64,000 bases of DNA from Candidatus Thorarchaeota archaeon (GCA_029855935.1 JAGSHN010000023.1:32001-96000); one strand, 5' to 3'; counted from the first letter of the stretch, positions 21,499 to 32,658 are shown. Translations and numbers: made by a program. The notes: a model not told the origin generated them from the sequence alone.

Positions 21499-21967
21499 AG
21501 GTTGGGAACCTCCCAACTTGTTTCGGAGAATTTGGCGCGTGTTGAGGTACTATCTCGGGAACGTATAAGGATTTGGAATGAACTGCTGGCTGAACTGCGG
21601 AGCTGGTTCGCCAGTCCTATGGATGCTTCGAACTGGCCTGTGCTTGCGCCAGCGAATCGGGGAAACGCCCTCCAAGACAACGCCCACCCTGTAGCGTGCT
21701 GTCGTTTCTCAGTTTCTGAGAGTTGGCTCCTTCGAATTCTTGTCCTCTACTACCTCCAGCAATGTGATGTGCTACTGTCTATGGTGTCGACTCCGCTGGC
21801 ATGCGCCAACACTCGCGGGAGAGGGCTTGTCCGGCGGAAACAGAGGATGCCCCAGGGGATTGTCCTGTTGGAACAGCAGCTGCGCTGGGCTCAGCTCTCA
21901 AATGATTCTAGAGTCGGCAGCCGATAGGCATATGCTGCCCGTTGGTGGAAGATAGCACTCGAGGAGC

Positions 21968-23014
21968 TTGAAGTATACAGCCGAAGACGAGGAGAGGAAT
22001 CGCACCTACTATGTCGCGTTGAACAAATCGCGCAATGATCTATTCCACCCGTACAACAACAAGGGCGGAGGCACACTGGAGTGGGACAACGATTTCAGGG
22101 ACAGGGTTCGCGAGGCCAAGGCCTTGCGGAGGACCAATGGATTGATTGAAGAGTTGGATTCGCCACCCAAGGCCCGGAAGTCGCTACCCACAAGGTCATT
22201 GAGGGTGATATACCGTCGGGACCCTGTCTTGGAGTCGATCGCGAGCAGATTCCTGCCCCGAGTCATCGATGCCACTCATATCTACGGTCTTCTGTTGTGT
22301 CCGCGCCGACACCAGTACGGTACACTGATGGGCGCAGCCGGGATGAAGTGCGACGAGGTTGAACGCAGCGAGTTCTCGCCGGCCTTCGGCTCTGTCCTAC
22401 ACAGTATGATCGCAGAGTTTGACTATGCCACGGGCTCCACTGAGAGCGCTCTCACCGTGCTCCATCAGGCTGAGTTCCTCACCGGCCCCGACAAGAAGAG
22501 GCTCCAGAATGCGATCACCTCGTACTCGGAGTTCACAGAAGAGATAGGTCTGAGGTCATCAGAGGGAGATCGAGTGTTGTCAGAGAGGGAGATCTACGGA
22601 ACCATAGATGTGGACGGGCAAGTCATCGAGCTCCGCGGGGTCATCGACATAGCAGTTGTCCGATCCGACGGTAAGATCGACGTCTACGACGTCAAGACCA
22701 ACTATCTGCCCCCTAGTGGCACTTCTGAAGAGAGGCTCAAGCGTGAGTTCCTGCGGAAACACCACGAACGTCAGCTCCTGACATACAAGTCAATGCTCGA
22801 ACAACAGGGACACACTGTTGAAGGTGTCTACGTTGTGGCTGTATCAAAGAAGAGTGCAACCCAAGTCAAGTGGAACCTAGTTCAAGTTGACGATGCAGAC
22901 TGGTCATTGCAAGAACTTTGTGAGATGCTGCCGATAACGGTCGAAGAAGAGGGACTCAGAAAGACTGAGAACAAGTACTGAAGGATCTGTGAGTTCAGAG
23001 GAATGTGCAACTAG
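21968..23014 (+). pseudogene. 5'-truncated UvrD-helicase/PD-(D/E)xK (AddA/B- or Cas4-like Fe-S) nuclease remnant with in-frame TGA
   Basis: Begins at a helicase motif VI-like EERNRTYYVAL, followed by CPRR, FGSVLH, GVIDI, DVKT and RQL..Y. TGA at 22979-22981 is followed in frame by RICEFRGMCN-TAG. Confidence 0.7.
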
Positions 23015-23474
23015 GCGGAACAACGTCACCAAGACTGACGCTCTCGCTGACTCTCTCGACGACCATAGTATCTGCAACATTTCGCCAGCCTGGCCTCTCT
23101 ACGAGCAGGCCGCCTTTCCCAGTGGGGTGCGGTTTTGAAGAGTCGAAACGGCGTGTTCCTCCCCAGAATAGGAGGAGGTTCCACGGAGAGACCAATGGGA
23201 CGCGCAGTAGATATGTGGCCATAGTCACGCGGCCTCGTTTGATGCTCCAACGGAGGCAGAAGGCTGCACAGCCCCCTCGCAGGCTTGCATCTGGCTGCAC
23301 CAGTATCGCGTTATGTCGACATCGGGTACAGATTGGCTTGCTATGCCACATCGCCCGGTAGAGTTACGGTAACGGTTCTCCCTGACAGCTAGCTCGAATC
23401 GGCCGAGCGAGGCCCTAAAATAGCATGATGTTTCAGTATCGTCATGTCGGCAAAGTACAGAGGGGTTTGAGATT

Positions 23475-23918
23475 ATGGAACACTACACGGTACTGTGGAG
23501 AGGGCCCTTCACGTATGATGAGGTCATTGAGGAGGAGGGCTACGACGACGATGAGGACCTCTATGCCATCGCACACATACCACCAAGACGTGGTCCAAGA
23601 ACGCTCTACGTGGGACATTCGTTCCGCCAGTATGTTGCGGACAGGTTGAAACAGCAGCCAGCGATCGATGCCATCTACGAGAAATATGGTGAGAGATCGG
23701 TTCGGTACTATCTTGGAAGAATCAAACTGAAACCTGGACAGCGCAGATCTGAGAAGCGTGTTGCAGATATCGAGGCTGCAATAATCTGCAACCACGGCGA
23801 CGAATTGGAGTTCAACTATGTGAATACTGTAACGTACTCGGGTCGGGACCTCTCAGTATCTCACAGGGGGTCGGTACCACCGCGCCTTAGGGACTTCAAG
23901 ACCAGCGACTGGGACTGA
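23475..23918 (+). CDS. GIY-YIG nuclease-like protein
   Basis: DLYAI...LYVGHS...DRLKQ...DIEAAII...FN pattern. Confidence 0.7.
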   Translation: MEHYTVLWRGPFTYDEVIEEEGYDDDEDLYAIAHIPPRRGPRTLYVGHSFRQYVADRLKQQPAIDAIYEKYGERSVRYYLGRIKLKPGQRRSEKRVADIEAAIICNHGDELEFNYVNTVTYSGRDLSVSHRGSVPPRLRDFKTSDWD

Positions 23919-23988
23919 GGTGTGCAGTGGTGGCAATGCCGACGCCATCTCCATCCACGCCAAGGCCAGAACAAGAGATTAATACGGA

Positions 23989-25389
23989 GTGAAAGAACCT
24001 GCGAAACGAATGAGATCTTCTATGCGCAGGGCTGCCTGTATCTCATTGGTCCTGGTTGTAGTCGTGGCATGGTACGGCGTCGTGATTCTTGGGGAGTACG
24101 ATTCCAACATCACAGAGACGACTTCTGACCTCAAGTTGCCCGCCCCAGTGATTACAATGTTCAAGAACGACAAGAGGTACGCACTGTTAGTGTCGTGGGA
24201 TGATGGTGTGAATGATATGGACTTCTCGTTCCTCGAAGACGAACTGGGCATCAAACACACCTCTTTCGTCGTGACTAGCAGAATAGCCGACAAGAAGTTC
24301 TGGGGCCTGGACATAATGTTCAGGGGCCACGATATCCAGTCTCACACAAGAGAGCACAAGGCAACCGGTCTCGCCAACCTCTCCTACTGTGAATATCTGA
24401 TCTCCCGGAGCATAGTCGACATCGAACGCACTTATGGATTCACGCCGATAGTCCTAGCATATCCGTACGGTTCAACAAATGCCATTACCAGTGAGATCGC
24501 ACTGAGATATGTCGACGTGGCGCGTGGTACGATACCGGAGGGGATTCTCAGACTGGGAACGTGGCCCATAAAGCACAGGGGCAACGCAAGACATTCCACC
24601 TTCGACCTCAACGGCCTCAGTTCGGAGAATATGGACAGACTAGCGGAGAGGTTCTACGAGATGACCAAGCTTGAGGGCAATCGCGCATTCAAGATCTACG
24701 GCCATACCGACCTAGCCACATTCAACCTGACCGAACGCGCTATGCTGTTTGATGAGCTGAAGAAGATCGCATTCCGAAACGACACGTGGTACGCCTCGTG
24801 GGGCGAGGCAATCGCATACGACATCCTGAGGACGAACACCACGATAGAGGATTTCTCATACGATGATAGCGAAGTGATGTTCAGAACGGTGACGAGCGCG
24901 AACGTCACCAGATACCCAGTTCAACTGACATACAGGGTGGAGATTCCAAAAGAGTGGGATTCGATAGTAGTCTACGATGACGGCAGAATCAGCAGCGACT
25001 TCACCCTGACCAATGGAACCCTGCTAATCAATTCAAAGCCAAGAAACCAGACAATAAGAATAGTGAGAACTCAAGACACTATGATTGACACCGAAGGGCC
25101 TGTGATAGGGGGAGTGACCATAGCAACGGGCACTGAGGGCCTGTTGATCACATTCGAGGTCACCGACGTCCTGGGCTTCGTCACCGACGTGAACATGACT
25201 GTCTCGGTTGGAAACAATACTTTCTTCTTCAATAGGATCGTGAACCCGATCTTCTGGGACAATAGCACGTACGGCCGGGCAATCTTCGCAGACGATATTC
25301 AGTCATCCGACGGGATTGACATAACGATCTGCGCCCAGGACAGCAGTGGAAATCTGTCTTCTCTCTCCTATCAATACCAAGGATGCTAA
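23989..25389 (+). CDS. Membrane-anchored/secreted polysaccharide deacetylase (NodB/CE4) family protein
   Basis: N-terminal TM; SWDDG, QSHTREH, AYPYG, YGH motifs; beta-rich C-terminal domains with many NxS/T sequons. Confidence 0.82.
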   Translation: MKEPAKRMRSSMRRAACISLVLVVVVAWYGVVILGEYDSNITETTSDLKLPAPVITMFKNDKRYALLVSWDDGVNDMDFSFLEDELGIKHTSFVVTSRIADKKFWGLDIMFRGHDIQSHTREHKATGLANLSYCEYLISRSIVDIERTYGFTPIVLAYPYGSTNAITSEIALRYVDVARGTIPEGILRLGTWPIKHRGNARHSTFDLNGLSSENMDRLAERFYEMTKLEGNRAFKIYGHTDLATFNLTERAMLFDELKKIAFRNDTWYASWGEAIAYDILRTNTTIEDFSYDDSEVMFRTVTSANVTRYPVQLTYRVEIPKEWDSIVVYDDGRISSDFTLTNGTLLINSKPRNQTIRIVRTQDTMIDTEGPVIGGVTIATGTEGLLITFEVTDVLGFVTDVNMTVSVGNNTFFFNRIVNPIFWDNSTYGRAIFADDIQSSDGIDITICAQDSSGNLSSLSYQYQGC

Positions 25390-26067
25390 TTGACCAAAGA
25401 AACCGCCTAAGAGGTCACGTCCGTCATCCCAGACGTAACGGACTCTCCACGACCATAATGGACAAACGTGACCTAGGTCACCGTGTGGATGTGACAGGAA
25501 GGCCGACGGGCTGCCGACAAGAAGCGCAACGCAGATACCGTGTTGGTTCTTTCTATAGACAGGCTGGCCTCAATGTGGAGTCATCCCTGGGAAAATCCAC
25601 TACTGTGAGCTATCGAAAGGATTCCGTCGGAGAAAGATCCCATTCTCACAATCAGTTTCTATGTCTCCCCTATGGCTTGAACACACCGCATAGATTTAGG
25701 GAACAGGCAAGACCAAAGTGGATCCCGCGTTTGACCTCAAAGGAAAACGTATCGTCCCAGGTTGAACTTCATCCCAATTCACCAGATTGCAGAGACCAAG
25801 AGTTCTCTCTGATCGCACGTCGTTCTTCCCAGTTTTCCTGGCTCGACCACCTGCCCACGTCAGATCCTCACAACCCACCTTCAGGAGCAGCCCTATTTCT
25901 GTTCCAATTGGACAGGCTACGTTGACGTTGCGGGGTACCCGAGCATATTTCACCATTCCACCGAGGTTTATTTTTATGCACGAGTCAACGTGTTGCAGGC
26001 GGGAATCGGCTAGTCTGCTTGGTCTGTAGCAATCCCAAAGAACAACTCGCGTATTGAGGCGATCACC

Positions 26068-27846
26068 ATGAGCGAGTCACTAAACTCACGTTTCCTGCGC
26101 ATCCAGCACATCCTAGAACGGGTTCACGAAGGCGACTACGTCCTTCCGGAGTTCCAGAGGAGCTTCGTATGGTCGAACTCCGACATCAAGGATCTTCTCG
26201 TTTCATGTCTGAACGGGTATTTCATTGGGACGTTCCTCCTTCTTAGGGGTGATGCGGCAAAGAGCTTTAAGACACGGTATTTCGAGGGAGTTCCCGAGGC
26301 CAATCCGCAAATCCCACGAGAGCCAGATGACAGGACTGTCGATCGAATTGTCTTGGACGGGCAACAAAGGATAACTGCGGCATACTATGCCCTCTATGCG
26401 CCACCTGGTATCACACCCAAAGGGGCGTCATATCCCAGACGCTATCTCCTGAGGATTGAGAACTGTCACGTCGGCGACATCGACTGGGAGGATCTCATAG
26501 AAGACTGGTCCGAGAACGAGAGCAGTCGAAAAGTCCCTCACTCGTCAGGTGCAGCTAGACTTAGAGAACTCATTCAGAAACATGATTTTGTCAACCTTCT
26601 GAACGATTCAGAGTTCCGCAAATACCTCTTCGAGAATCATCTTCTGCCGTTCGCGGTTCTGAAATCAGACTCAGATTTCTCAAGGTGGTTGGACGATTAC
26701 GCGGACTACCTTGAGGAGAAGGGCATAGAAAAGGCTCAGGTGAGAGAACGGAAACAAGCCCTCCGAGAAAGACTGAAAAACGTGCTGAATTTCCAAGTTG
26801 CGGTTCTAGAGTTGGAGGAGAGGGACCTCGTCAAAGTCGTCGACCTCTTTGAGCGAATCAACCGAACAGGTGTTGCTCTCTCTGTGTTTGCACTAGCTAC
26901 CGCAGTCTACATGAAGGGAGGAGTAAACCTCCGCAGACTGTGGAGGGAGTTCTATGCAGCATCTCCTACAATTCAGCAGTTCTGTCAAGAGGATGATGAA
27001 ACATATCCCAAATACGTTCTCCAAGTGATGGCTCTTCTCCAAGGCAAGGAGGTCAAGAAGAAAGTCCTGATTGACTCCAGACAGTTGAGTGTTACATCTG
27101 ACCGATGGTCACAAGCCACGGAACTGCTCGAAAAGGCGCTCGACCGTGCAACAAGCACGAGAAACGGTTATGGAGCAATCAAGTCAAATCTCCTACCTTA
27201 TCGGTCGGCAATTGTCACTCTCGCTGCTCTTCTGGCCAAGTGCGGAACTGCTAGTGACTTTGACAAGCTGGACGCTTGGTACTGGAGTTCCGTCTTCACA
27301 GCAAGGTATGCTGGGGCCAGCGAAACAGCGATCAAGCAAGACTATGACCAAGTATGTCGATGGCTGAAGGATGGTACCCAAGAACCAAGTGTTGTCACTG
27401 AAGCGGCGAATCGTGTTTCGAGTCACAAGCTCGAGAACATCAGAACTGGCGGTACCTACAAAGCCATACTTTGCCTCATCTCATTGGCTGGTGCAAAGGA
27501 CTTCCTAACCGGACAGAGTCCCGAGCTAGGCTTGCTCAATGACCATCATATCTTTCCGAAATCATTGTATCGAGATAGACGCTCAGTTGATTCAATACTC
27601 AACCGGACACTCATTACCGACACGACAAATAGAGATATCTCGAATAAACGCCCGTCCGAGTATGTTCGGGAGATCATAAAGGCTCTTGGCGGGGAGGAGG
27701 ACGATGCGAGAGATATGCTGAAGAGTCATCTGATAGACGATGAATGTTTCGAGGCAATGAAACAAGATGACTATTCGCGCTTTATGGCCCGCCGGGCTGA
27801 GCTGATTCGTAGTGAGATGATTCGTCGAATCCGGTACGGGTCTTGA
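26068..27846 (+). CDS. GmrSD-type (DUF262 + HNH/DUF1524-like) modification-dependent restriction endonuclease
   Basis: LPEFQRSFVW, LDGQQR, FERINRTG, C-terminal DHHIFP..ILNR..N. Confidence 0.9.
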   Translation: MSESLNSRFLRIQHILERVHEGDYVLPEFQRSFVWSNSDIKDLLVSCLNGYFIGTFLLLRGDAAKSFKTRYFEGVPEANPQIPREPDDRTVDRIVLDGQQRITAAYYALYAPPGITPKGASYPRRYLLRIENCHVGDIDWEDLIEDWSENESSRKVPHSSGAARLRELIQKHDFVNLLNDSEFRKYLFENHLLPFAVLKSDSDFSRWLDDYADYLEEKGIEKAQVRERKQALRERLKNVLNFQVAVLELEERDLVKVVDLFERINRTGVALSVFALATAVYMKGGVNLRRLWREFYAASPTIQQFCQEDDETYPKYVLQVMALLQGKEVKKKVLIDSRQLSVTSDRWSQATELLEKALDRATSTRNGYGAIKSNLLPYRSAIVTLAALLAKCGTASDFDKLDAWYWSSVFTARYAGASETAIKQDYDQVCRWLKDGTQEPSVVTEAANRVSSHKLENIRTGGTYKAILCLISLAGAKDFLTGQSPELGLLNDHHIFPKSLYRDRRSVDSILNRTLITDTTNRDISNKRPSEYVREIIKALGGEEDDARDMLKSHLIDDECFEAMKQDDYSRFMARRAELIRSEMIRRIRYGS

Positions 27847-28378
27847 CATTGCGGTTCTCGTGGTTGGTCGGTGGCACGATGGTCGTTCTAGGCAGTTCGC
27901 TGCCCAATCCACTTCGCTGACAGATAGCTCGGGCCGTGGTCTTCGTGTGCAAGTCGAGGTTGCAGACTGCCTTCGTCGGCGCCGATGACTTCGACCGTAC
28001 AGTAGAGATGCTGTCGCAGATTGTAATCTCAGACGGTGGGGGGAGATCCAAGGTCCCCTACGATGAAACGCCGCCTAGGCGGTCTCTTCATCTCCGGCTG
28101 GTGGGCTATCACACGTGATTCTCGGCGAAGGATGCTCACAGGGTTTGGTCGGTCGAGGTCTCAATGGCCGATCACGAGAGTATGACCAGGCTGGCGTTGA
28201 TGAAGCGGGTCGAGAGAACTGTGTGATATGCACTCAGTGGGGCAAGTTGAGAGCCAGACCTCTCTGGACAACTCACCGTTTCGCCGGGCGTCACCCTGAA
28301 CGTCGTCACGGCCGGTTCCCTGAGAACGGTGTCGACAGATGCAGTGACCTCGATGGCATTGCTCTCTTCCGGGCCGAT

Positions 28379-29662
28379 TCATAGAGACGGGTTGGGCCGT
28401 CTATAACGATTCGTGATCTCTGGAACAAGGACTTGCCATCCGACTAGATGACCTGAACTCTCAGACTCCAGCAGATCATCAAGTGCAAGATGCAGCGCAC
28501 TGGTCGACGGAAGATTCGCCTCGTTCTCCGGATGGAGCCTCGAGCGGATGAAGTACTTCACTGCGGAGTCTGAGAAGGTTGTTGGGTACGTCTCGTTGCT
28601 GAACTCTATCCGGAGATGAGGACGAGAGTCCGAGGTATAGACCTCATATATCCCGTAGATTGTCTGTGGGAAGTTGGGATCGAATCTCGTGAAGCGGAGC
28701 CGGATCCTGTGAGGGGTGACAGAGGTGTCTATGTCATACTCAGCCTCCCACGTCTCGGATCCACCACTAGCCGTTCGCTGGTAGTAGACGGCGTGTTGAA
28801 CTCTCCCAAAGTATTGTGTGTCTGCGTGGATGAAGGTGAGAATCTCAGGAGGACCGCCGGCGTCCCACAGGCCGCTGTAGACCCACACTCCTGCAATGTC
28901 GTCCTCACCCTCCCGCACAGGAAAGACCGGGTTGACAAGTCGGTGTTCCGCCTTGCTCATACGGGGGACATCTATTCCGTCCAGGAAAGGTTGTAGCATA
29001 CTGTCGTTGAAGATCTGTTCGACCTGCAACCTCTCTGACTCGCTGAGATAGGAGAAGGGCGGAACGAAGCTACCCTCGGTCTCAGGGTCTGTTGAGAACC
29101 AGGGGAACATAGGCCCAGTCTTGTTGTTGAAGTCGACAAGCCCCCAGTCGACCATCGAATACGATGCGTACGACCTCGAATACCCGATGACCTGCCCCTT
29201 TGTCACATAGTCGTCCTTCGCGACGAGCAACTGGCCAAGGTGGTCAAACCAGCTTGCCATTGTGTAGTTGTGGAATATCACGATCCTGATATCGTCGCTC
29301 CCCACGTATTCGACGCTCTCAACCACACCGTCATCGGGAGCATAGACGGGACTCGTGTCATGAAACTTGAACGCAGTGTGGTCGAATCCCTCTGGGTGAC
29401 CGCCACCATGATAGCCCCACGTACCAATTGGACCCAATTCAGGAGAGTCCGTGGCCAGACTGTCGAGATCCACGGGGAGCGATATGCTGGCAGTCCTATT
29501 GAGTCGGGGGTCGCTGAGGAGTCCGTGTTCAGACCCATCCTCGTCCTCCGAGGGGGACTCGTTCTCAAGATGGCCAATCATGAACGCGACCGATCCCAGG
29601 GCAATCGCGAGAACTACGATCAAAGCCAGAATCTTGGCCCTTGTGGAGTGCATAGGGAACAC
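28379..29662 (-). CDS. Membrane-anchored M23 peptidase-like protein
   Basis: N-terminal TM; HPEGFD, VYAPDDGVV, WFDHL, V.KGQVIG. The canonical HxH is replaced by MVDW. Confidence 0.7.
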   Translation of the reverse strand: MFPMHSTRAKILALIVVLAIALGSVAFMIGHLENESPSEDEDGSEHGLLSDPRLNRTASISLPVDLDSLATDSPELGPIGTWGYHGGGHPEGFDHTAFKFHDTSPVYAPDDGVVESVEYVGSDDIRIVIFHNYTMASWFDHLGQLLVAKDDYVTKGQVIGYSRSYASYSMVDWGLVDFNNKTGPMFPWFSTDPETEGSFVPPFSYLSESERLQVEQIFNDSMLQPFLDGIDVPRMSKAEHRLVNPVFPVREGEDDIAGVWVYSGLWDAGGPPEILTFIHADTQYFGRVQHAVYYQRTASGGSETWEAEYDIDTSVTPHRIRLRFTRFDPNFPQTIYGIYEVYTSDSRPHLRIEFSNETYPTTFSDSAVKYFIRSRLHPENEANLPSTSALHLALDDLLESESSGHLVGWQVLVPEITNRYRRPNPSL

Positions 29663-30120
29663 CTCGACGAATGGACTTGTCAGGTCAGTCCTCCAATTCC
29701 GGAGCGATTCTCGAGCTTCAATCGTGAGGCGAAACGCCTGCGCGGCGAGTACTAGTCCAGCCAGGGAATTTATGCATTACTTGATTCAATTCATCCCTCG
29801 GGTCAAGTCTCTGGAATCTCGAGTCTCCAGTCGACGGGACACTGAATGGTGTGAGATCTGGCCGGCTTGAGAGGGACGATGAGGAACTTGAGAGAGCACA
29901 GGGGCTCTGTTCAAGACTTGGCCACTGGGTCAAGAAGCTCGAGCAGGACCACTCACAAGACATCGCCCCTTCTCCCGTTTCGAGACACCTCAGTACCTTG
30001 CCACAGCGAGCCTTCAACAAGAAACAAAAGAACAGGAGACAAATCAACAACTCGGATAGGTACGGGCTCAATACGAGAGTGCGTGAGTACCAGCGTCATC
30101 ATTGAAGGGTGTAGCGGCTA

Positions 30121-32595
30121 TTGCGGGAAAGTGAAACGGGGGTCCTGATGGACAAGCATGGCCCTCGGGCCGATGCCAGCGGATCAGAAGGACACGATGC
30201 TAGGCGACAGCTCCTCCGTTCCTCCGGACACAGCCAGGTGCCACGACGACGCTCCCCAACCGTGAAGAGCGCCGTGGGATGGGAGCCAGAGGAATACTCC
30301 GATTCTTCCGCACCTGGGGCGCGTCAAATTGCCACCCGGTCCCCTATACTCGTGACAGCCGTCTCGAGGTCCTCGGTGACGCCTCTGTTCGTGCTTCTGC
30401 TCCTGCTTGGAGGCACGCTCAGACTTCCCGTCTCGTCGGTTCCCCTATCCCTGTCTCATCCATCATCCGTCCCGTCCCCGCCCTTTCCTGTCCCGTCGTC
30501 AGATGTGAGCGGCCACTATCTTGATGGACCTGTGCAGGCGGTACGTGACAGGACGCGCCTTGCAGTTCCTGTCACCACGTCTCTGAGGTTGTACCCCTCA
30601 TCACAGACTCAACTCGACATTGCAGAGCCGCTCGTCTGGTCCACACTCTTGGGCACTCCCGAACACGAGTGGTGCGGTGACATTGCACTATTCTCCAACG
30701 GGTCAATAGTGGTATCGGGATCGACTATGGGCGTTGACTTTCCGGACCCTGAGGCACCAGACATATATCGGGACCCAATTGGCTTCGTTGTGTCGTTCTC
30801 GCGCCCGTGCGAGCCACCGATGCGCTCGTGGCTCATCGGCAACGAAGATTCGTACAGCTATAATGACTGCATGGCCGTCGACGAGCACGGACGGATCTTC
30901 GTCGCTGGGTACGTCTGGGGTCAGAATTTTCCGCGGGTGAATGCCAACGAGACATGGCTGCCGGGCACAAATGACAACGTATACGTCGTGGTCTACTCGC
31001 CCGATGGACAGATGTTATTCTCGACGCTCATTGGTGGTTCGGGCTACGACTACCCCTACTCAATCGTGCTGGGTCCTGATGGCATTCTGTACGTGGTGGG
31101 TAGCACCAGCTCAGTGGACTTCCCCGTGACGAGTACTCACTGGGGCTATCGCGCTGGCCCCTCTGACGTCTTTGTCATGGCCATCGACTGTCTGAACGAC
31201 CGACTGGTCTTCTCACGATGTCTTGGTGGTGAGGGGCGCGACTCCGGCAAGGCGGTGACGATGGACGCAGATGGGGCAATATGGGTGACAGGCTGGACCG
31301 ATTCCGAGTTCTTCGAGAGCACGCTCGACGGATGGGGGTCGTGCGGCGGCACAGACGTCTTCGTTGCCCGGCTGGACAGATCAGGAGTGCTTGATGGCCT
31401 TCTCGTGCTGGGCGGTGGCGGAGAGGAGAACGCCCTCGGCATCGCAGTCACCGATGACAATAGTGTGATCATTGCCGGATGGAGCAACTCGACAGACCTG
31501 CCTGCCCCGGTTGATGATGCCGAAGAGGAGCCGCCCATCAATCAGGGCGGCCACGATGTACTCTTACTCAGGATGGGCATGTCAGAAGAGGATGCTGAAA
31601 CCACCCTCGACAGGGCTGTGGAGGTAAGGCAGGTGGTCCTGATTGGTGGTTCTGATGACGACTATGCGTCAGCCATTGCTCTTGGCCAGGACGGGAGTGT
31701 GTACATTGCTGGCTGGTCCGACTCTGAGGACTTTCCAGTGGCCGGGACCTTCACCCTTCCTCATACACATTCGAGTCACAGCGACTGTCTGGTGATGAAG
31801 ATGTCTCCGGACCTGAGTCGGGTGCTCTACGCGTCCTGTCTTGGAGGTCCCTACCCCGATGAGGCGTACTCGCTGGTGGTGAACGGCACCGGGACGGTCT
31901 TTGTTGCAGGCACTGGACTTGATGGGATGCCGTTACGCGGTGCCTTTGACAACACGACTGGTTTCCGGGATGATGTCGTAGTGTTTGCACTTCTTGATCA
32001 CGCAGATGGTGACGCGGACGACCTCATCGATCACTTCGAGTACTTGTACGGTACCAGCCCTTCTCTGAACGACACGGACGGCGATGGTCTGACCGACAGA
32101 TACGAGTTGGAGATGGGACTCGACCCACTAAATCCAGACTGTGACAATGACGGCCTTGACGACGGGACGGAGGTTCGTGCAGGACTGAATCCACTGGATG
32201 GACGCGATGCGGGACTGGACCTCGACGGCGACGGACTGACCACGGCAGAGGAGATTGCGCTTGGTCTGAATCCCCTGAACTGGGACACAGACGGTGACGG
32301 GTTTGGCGATGGCTGGGAGGTGGCACGCGGATACGACCCGCGCGATCGGAACGTGCCGCTCGCAGAGGCGATTGAGGGATGGGCCGAATCGGCGGTGGCA
32401 ATGAGTGGTGGACCCATTGTGCTGGCGGTCCTGTCGACCGTGTTGCCACTGGTCATTGCGGTGGTGGTACTGCGTCGCAGAGAGATGATGCAACGAAGGG
32501 CACTGGAGAAGGCGAAAAAGAGAGAACGAGAGGTCTTGCACGAACTCGTATCCGGAGAGATAGACGATGAAGGCAGCACGCAGCCATGGGACTGA
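30121..32595 (+). CDS. SBBP beta-propeller + TSP3-like (DxDxDG) repeat surface protein with C-terminal TM
   Basis: Repeated STLxGG..D....I......YVxGxT.S.DFP units, DTDGDGL repeats, C-terminal TM followed by RRR. Start uncertain. Confidence 0.85.
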   Translation: MRESETGVLMDKHGPRADASGSEGHDARRQLLRSSGHSQVPRRRSPTVKSAVGWEPEEYSDSSAPGARQIATRSPILVTAVSRSSVTPLFVLLLLLGGTLRLPVSSVPLSLSHPSSVPSPPFPVPSSDVSGHYLDGPVQAVRDRTRLAVPVTTSLRLYPSSQTQLDIAEPLVWSTLLGTPEHEWCGDIALFSNGSIVVSGSTMGVDFPDPEAPDIYRDPIGFVVSFSRPCEPPMRSWLIGNEDSYSYNDCMAVDEHGRIFVAGYVWGQNFPRVNANETWLPGTNDNVYVVVYSPDGQMLFSTLIGGSGYDYPYSIVLGPDGILYVVGSTSSVDFPVTSTHWGYRAGPSDVFVMAIDCLNDRLVFSRCLGGEGRDSGKAVTMDADGAIWVTGWTDSEFFESTLDGWGSCGGTDVFVARLDRSGVLDGLLVLGGGGEENALGIAVTDDNSVIIAGWSNSTDLPAPVDDAEEEPPINQGGHDVLLLRMGMSEEDAETTLDRAVEVRQVVLIGGSDDDYASAIALGQDGSVYIAGWSDSEDFPVAGTFTLPHTHSSHSDCLVMKMSPDLSRVLYASCLGGPYPDEAYSLVVNGTGTVFVAGTGLDGMPLRGAFDNTTGFRDDVVVFALLDHADGDADDLIDHFEYLYGTSPSLNDTDGDGLTDRYELEMGLDPLNPDCDNDGLDDGTEVRAGLNPLDGRDAGLDLDGDGLTTAEEIALGLNPLNWDTDGDGFGDGWEVARGYDPRDRNVPLAEAIEGWAESAVAMSGGPIVLAVLSTVLPLVIAVVVLRRREMMQRRALEKAKKREREVLHELVSGEIDDEGSTQPWD

Positions 32596-32658
32596 CGCGC
32601 AGTCAGCCGTGGGACAGACGCGTATGTGACTGTCGACTCCGAATCTGCCACGACAGTC

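Noticed and set aside
21968-23014. Cas4 / CRISPR locus
   Set aside because: No repeat-spacer array or other cas genes; the N-terminal helicase motif points to a UvrD-nuclease fusion remnant.
13015-23014. OLD + helicase remnant as a split Gabija system
   Set aside because: They are 7 kb apart with unrelated genes between, and GajB does not normally carry an Fe-S PD-(D/E)xK domain.
5818-27846. Integron cassette array or provirus explaining the island
   Set aside because: I saw no recurring attC-like or terminal repeats by eye and no integrase or virion genes, and gene orientations are mixed.
32581-32622. 19-nt imperfect direct repeat at the junction of the convergent surface genes
   Set aside because: Only two copies; consistent with a small local duplication.
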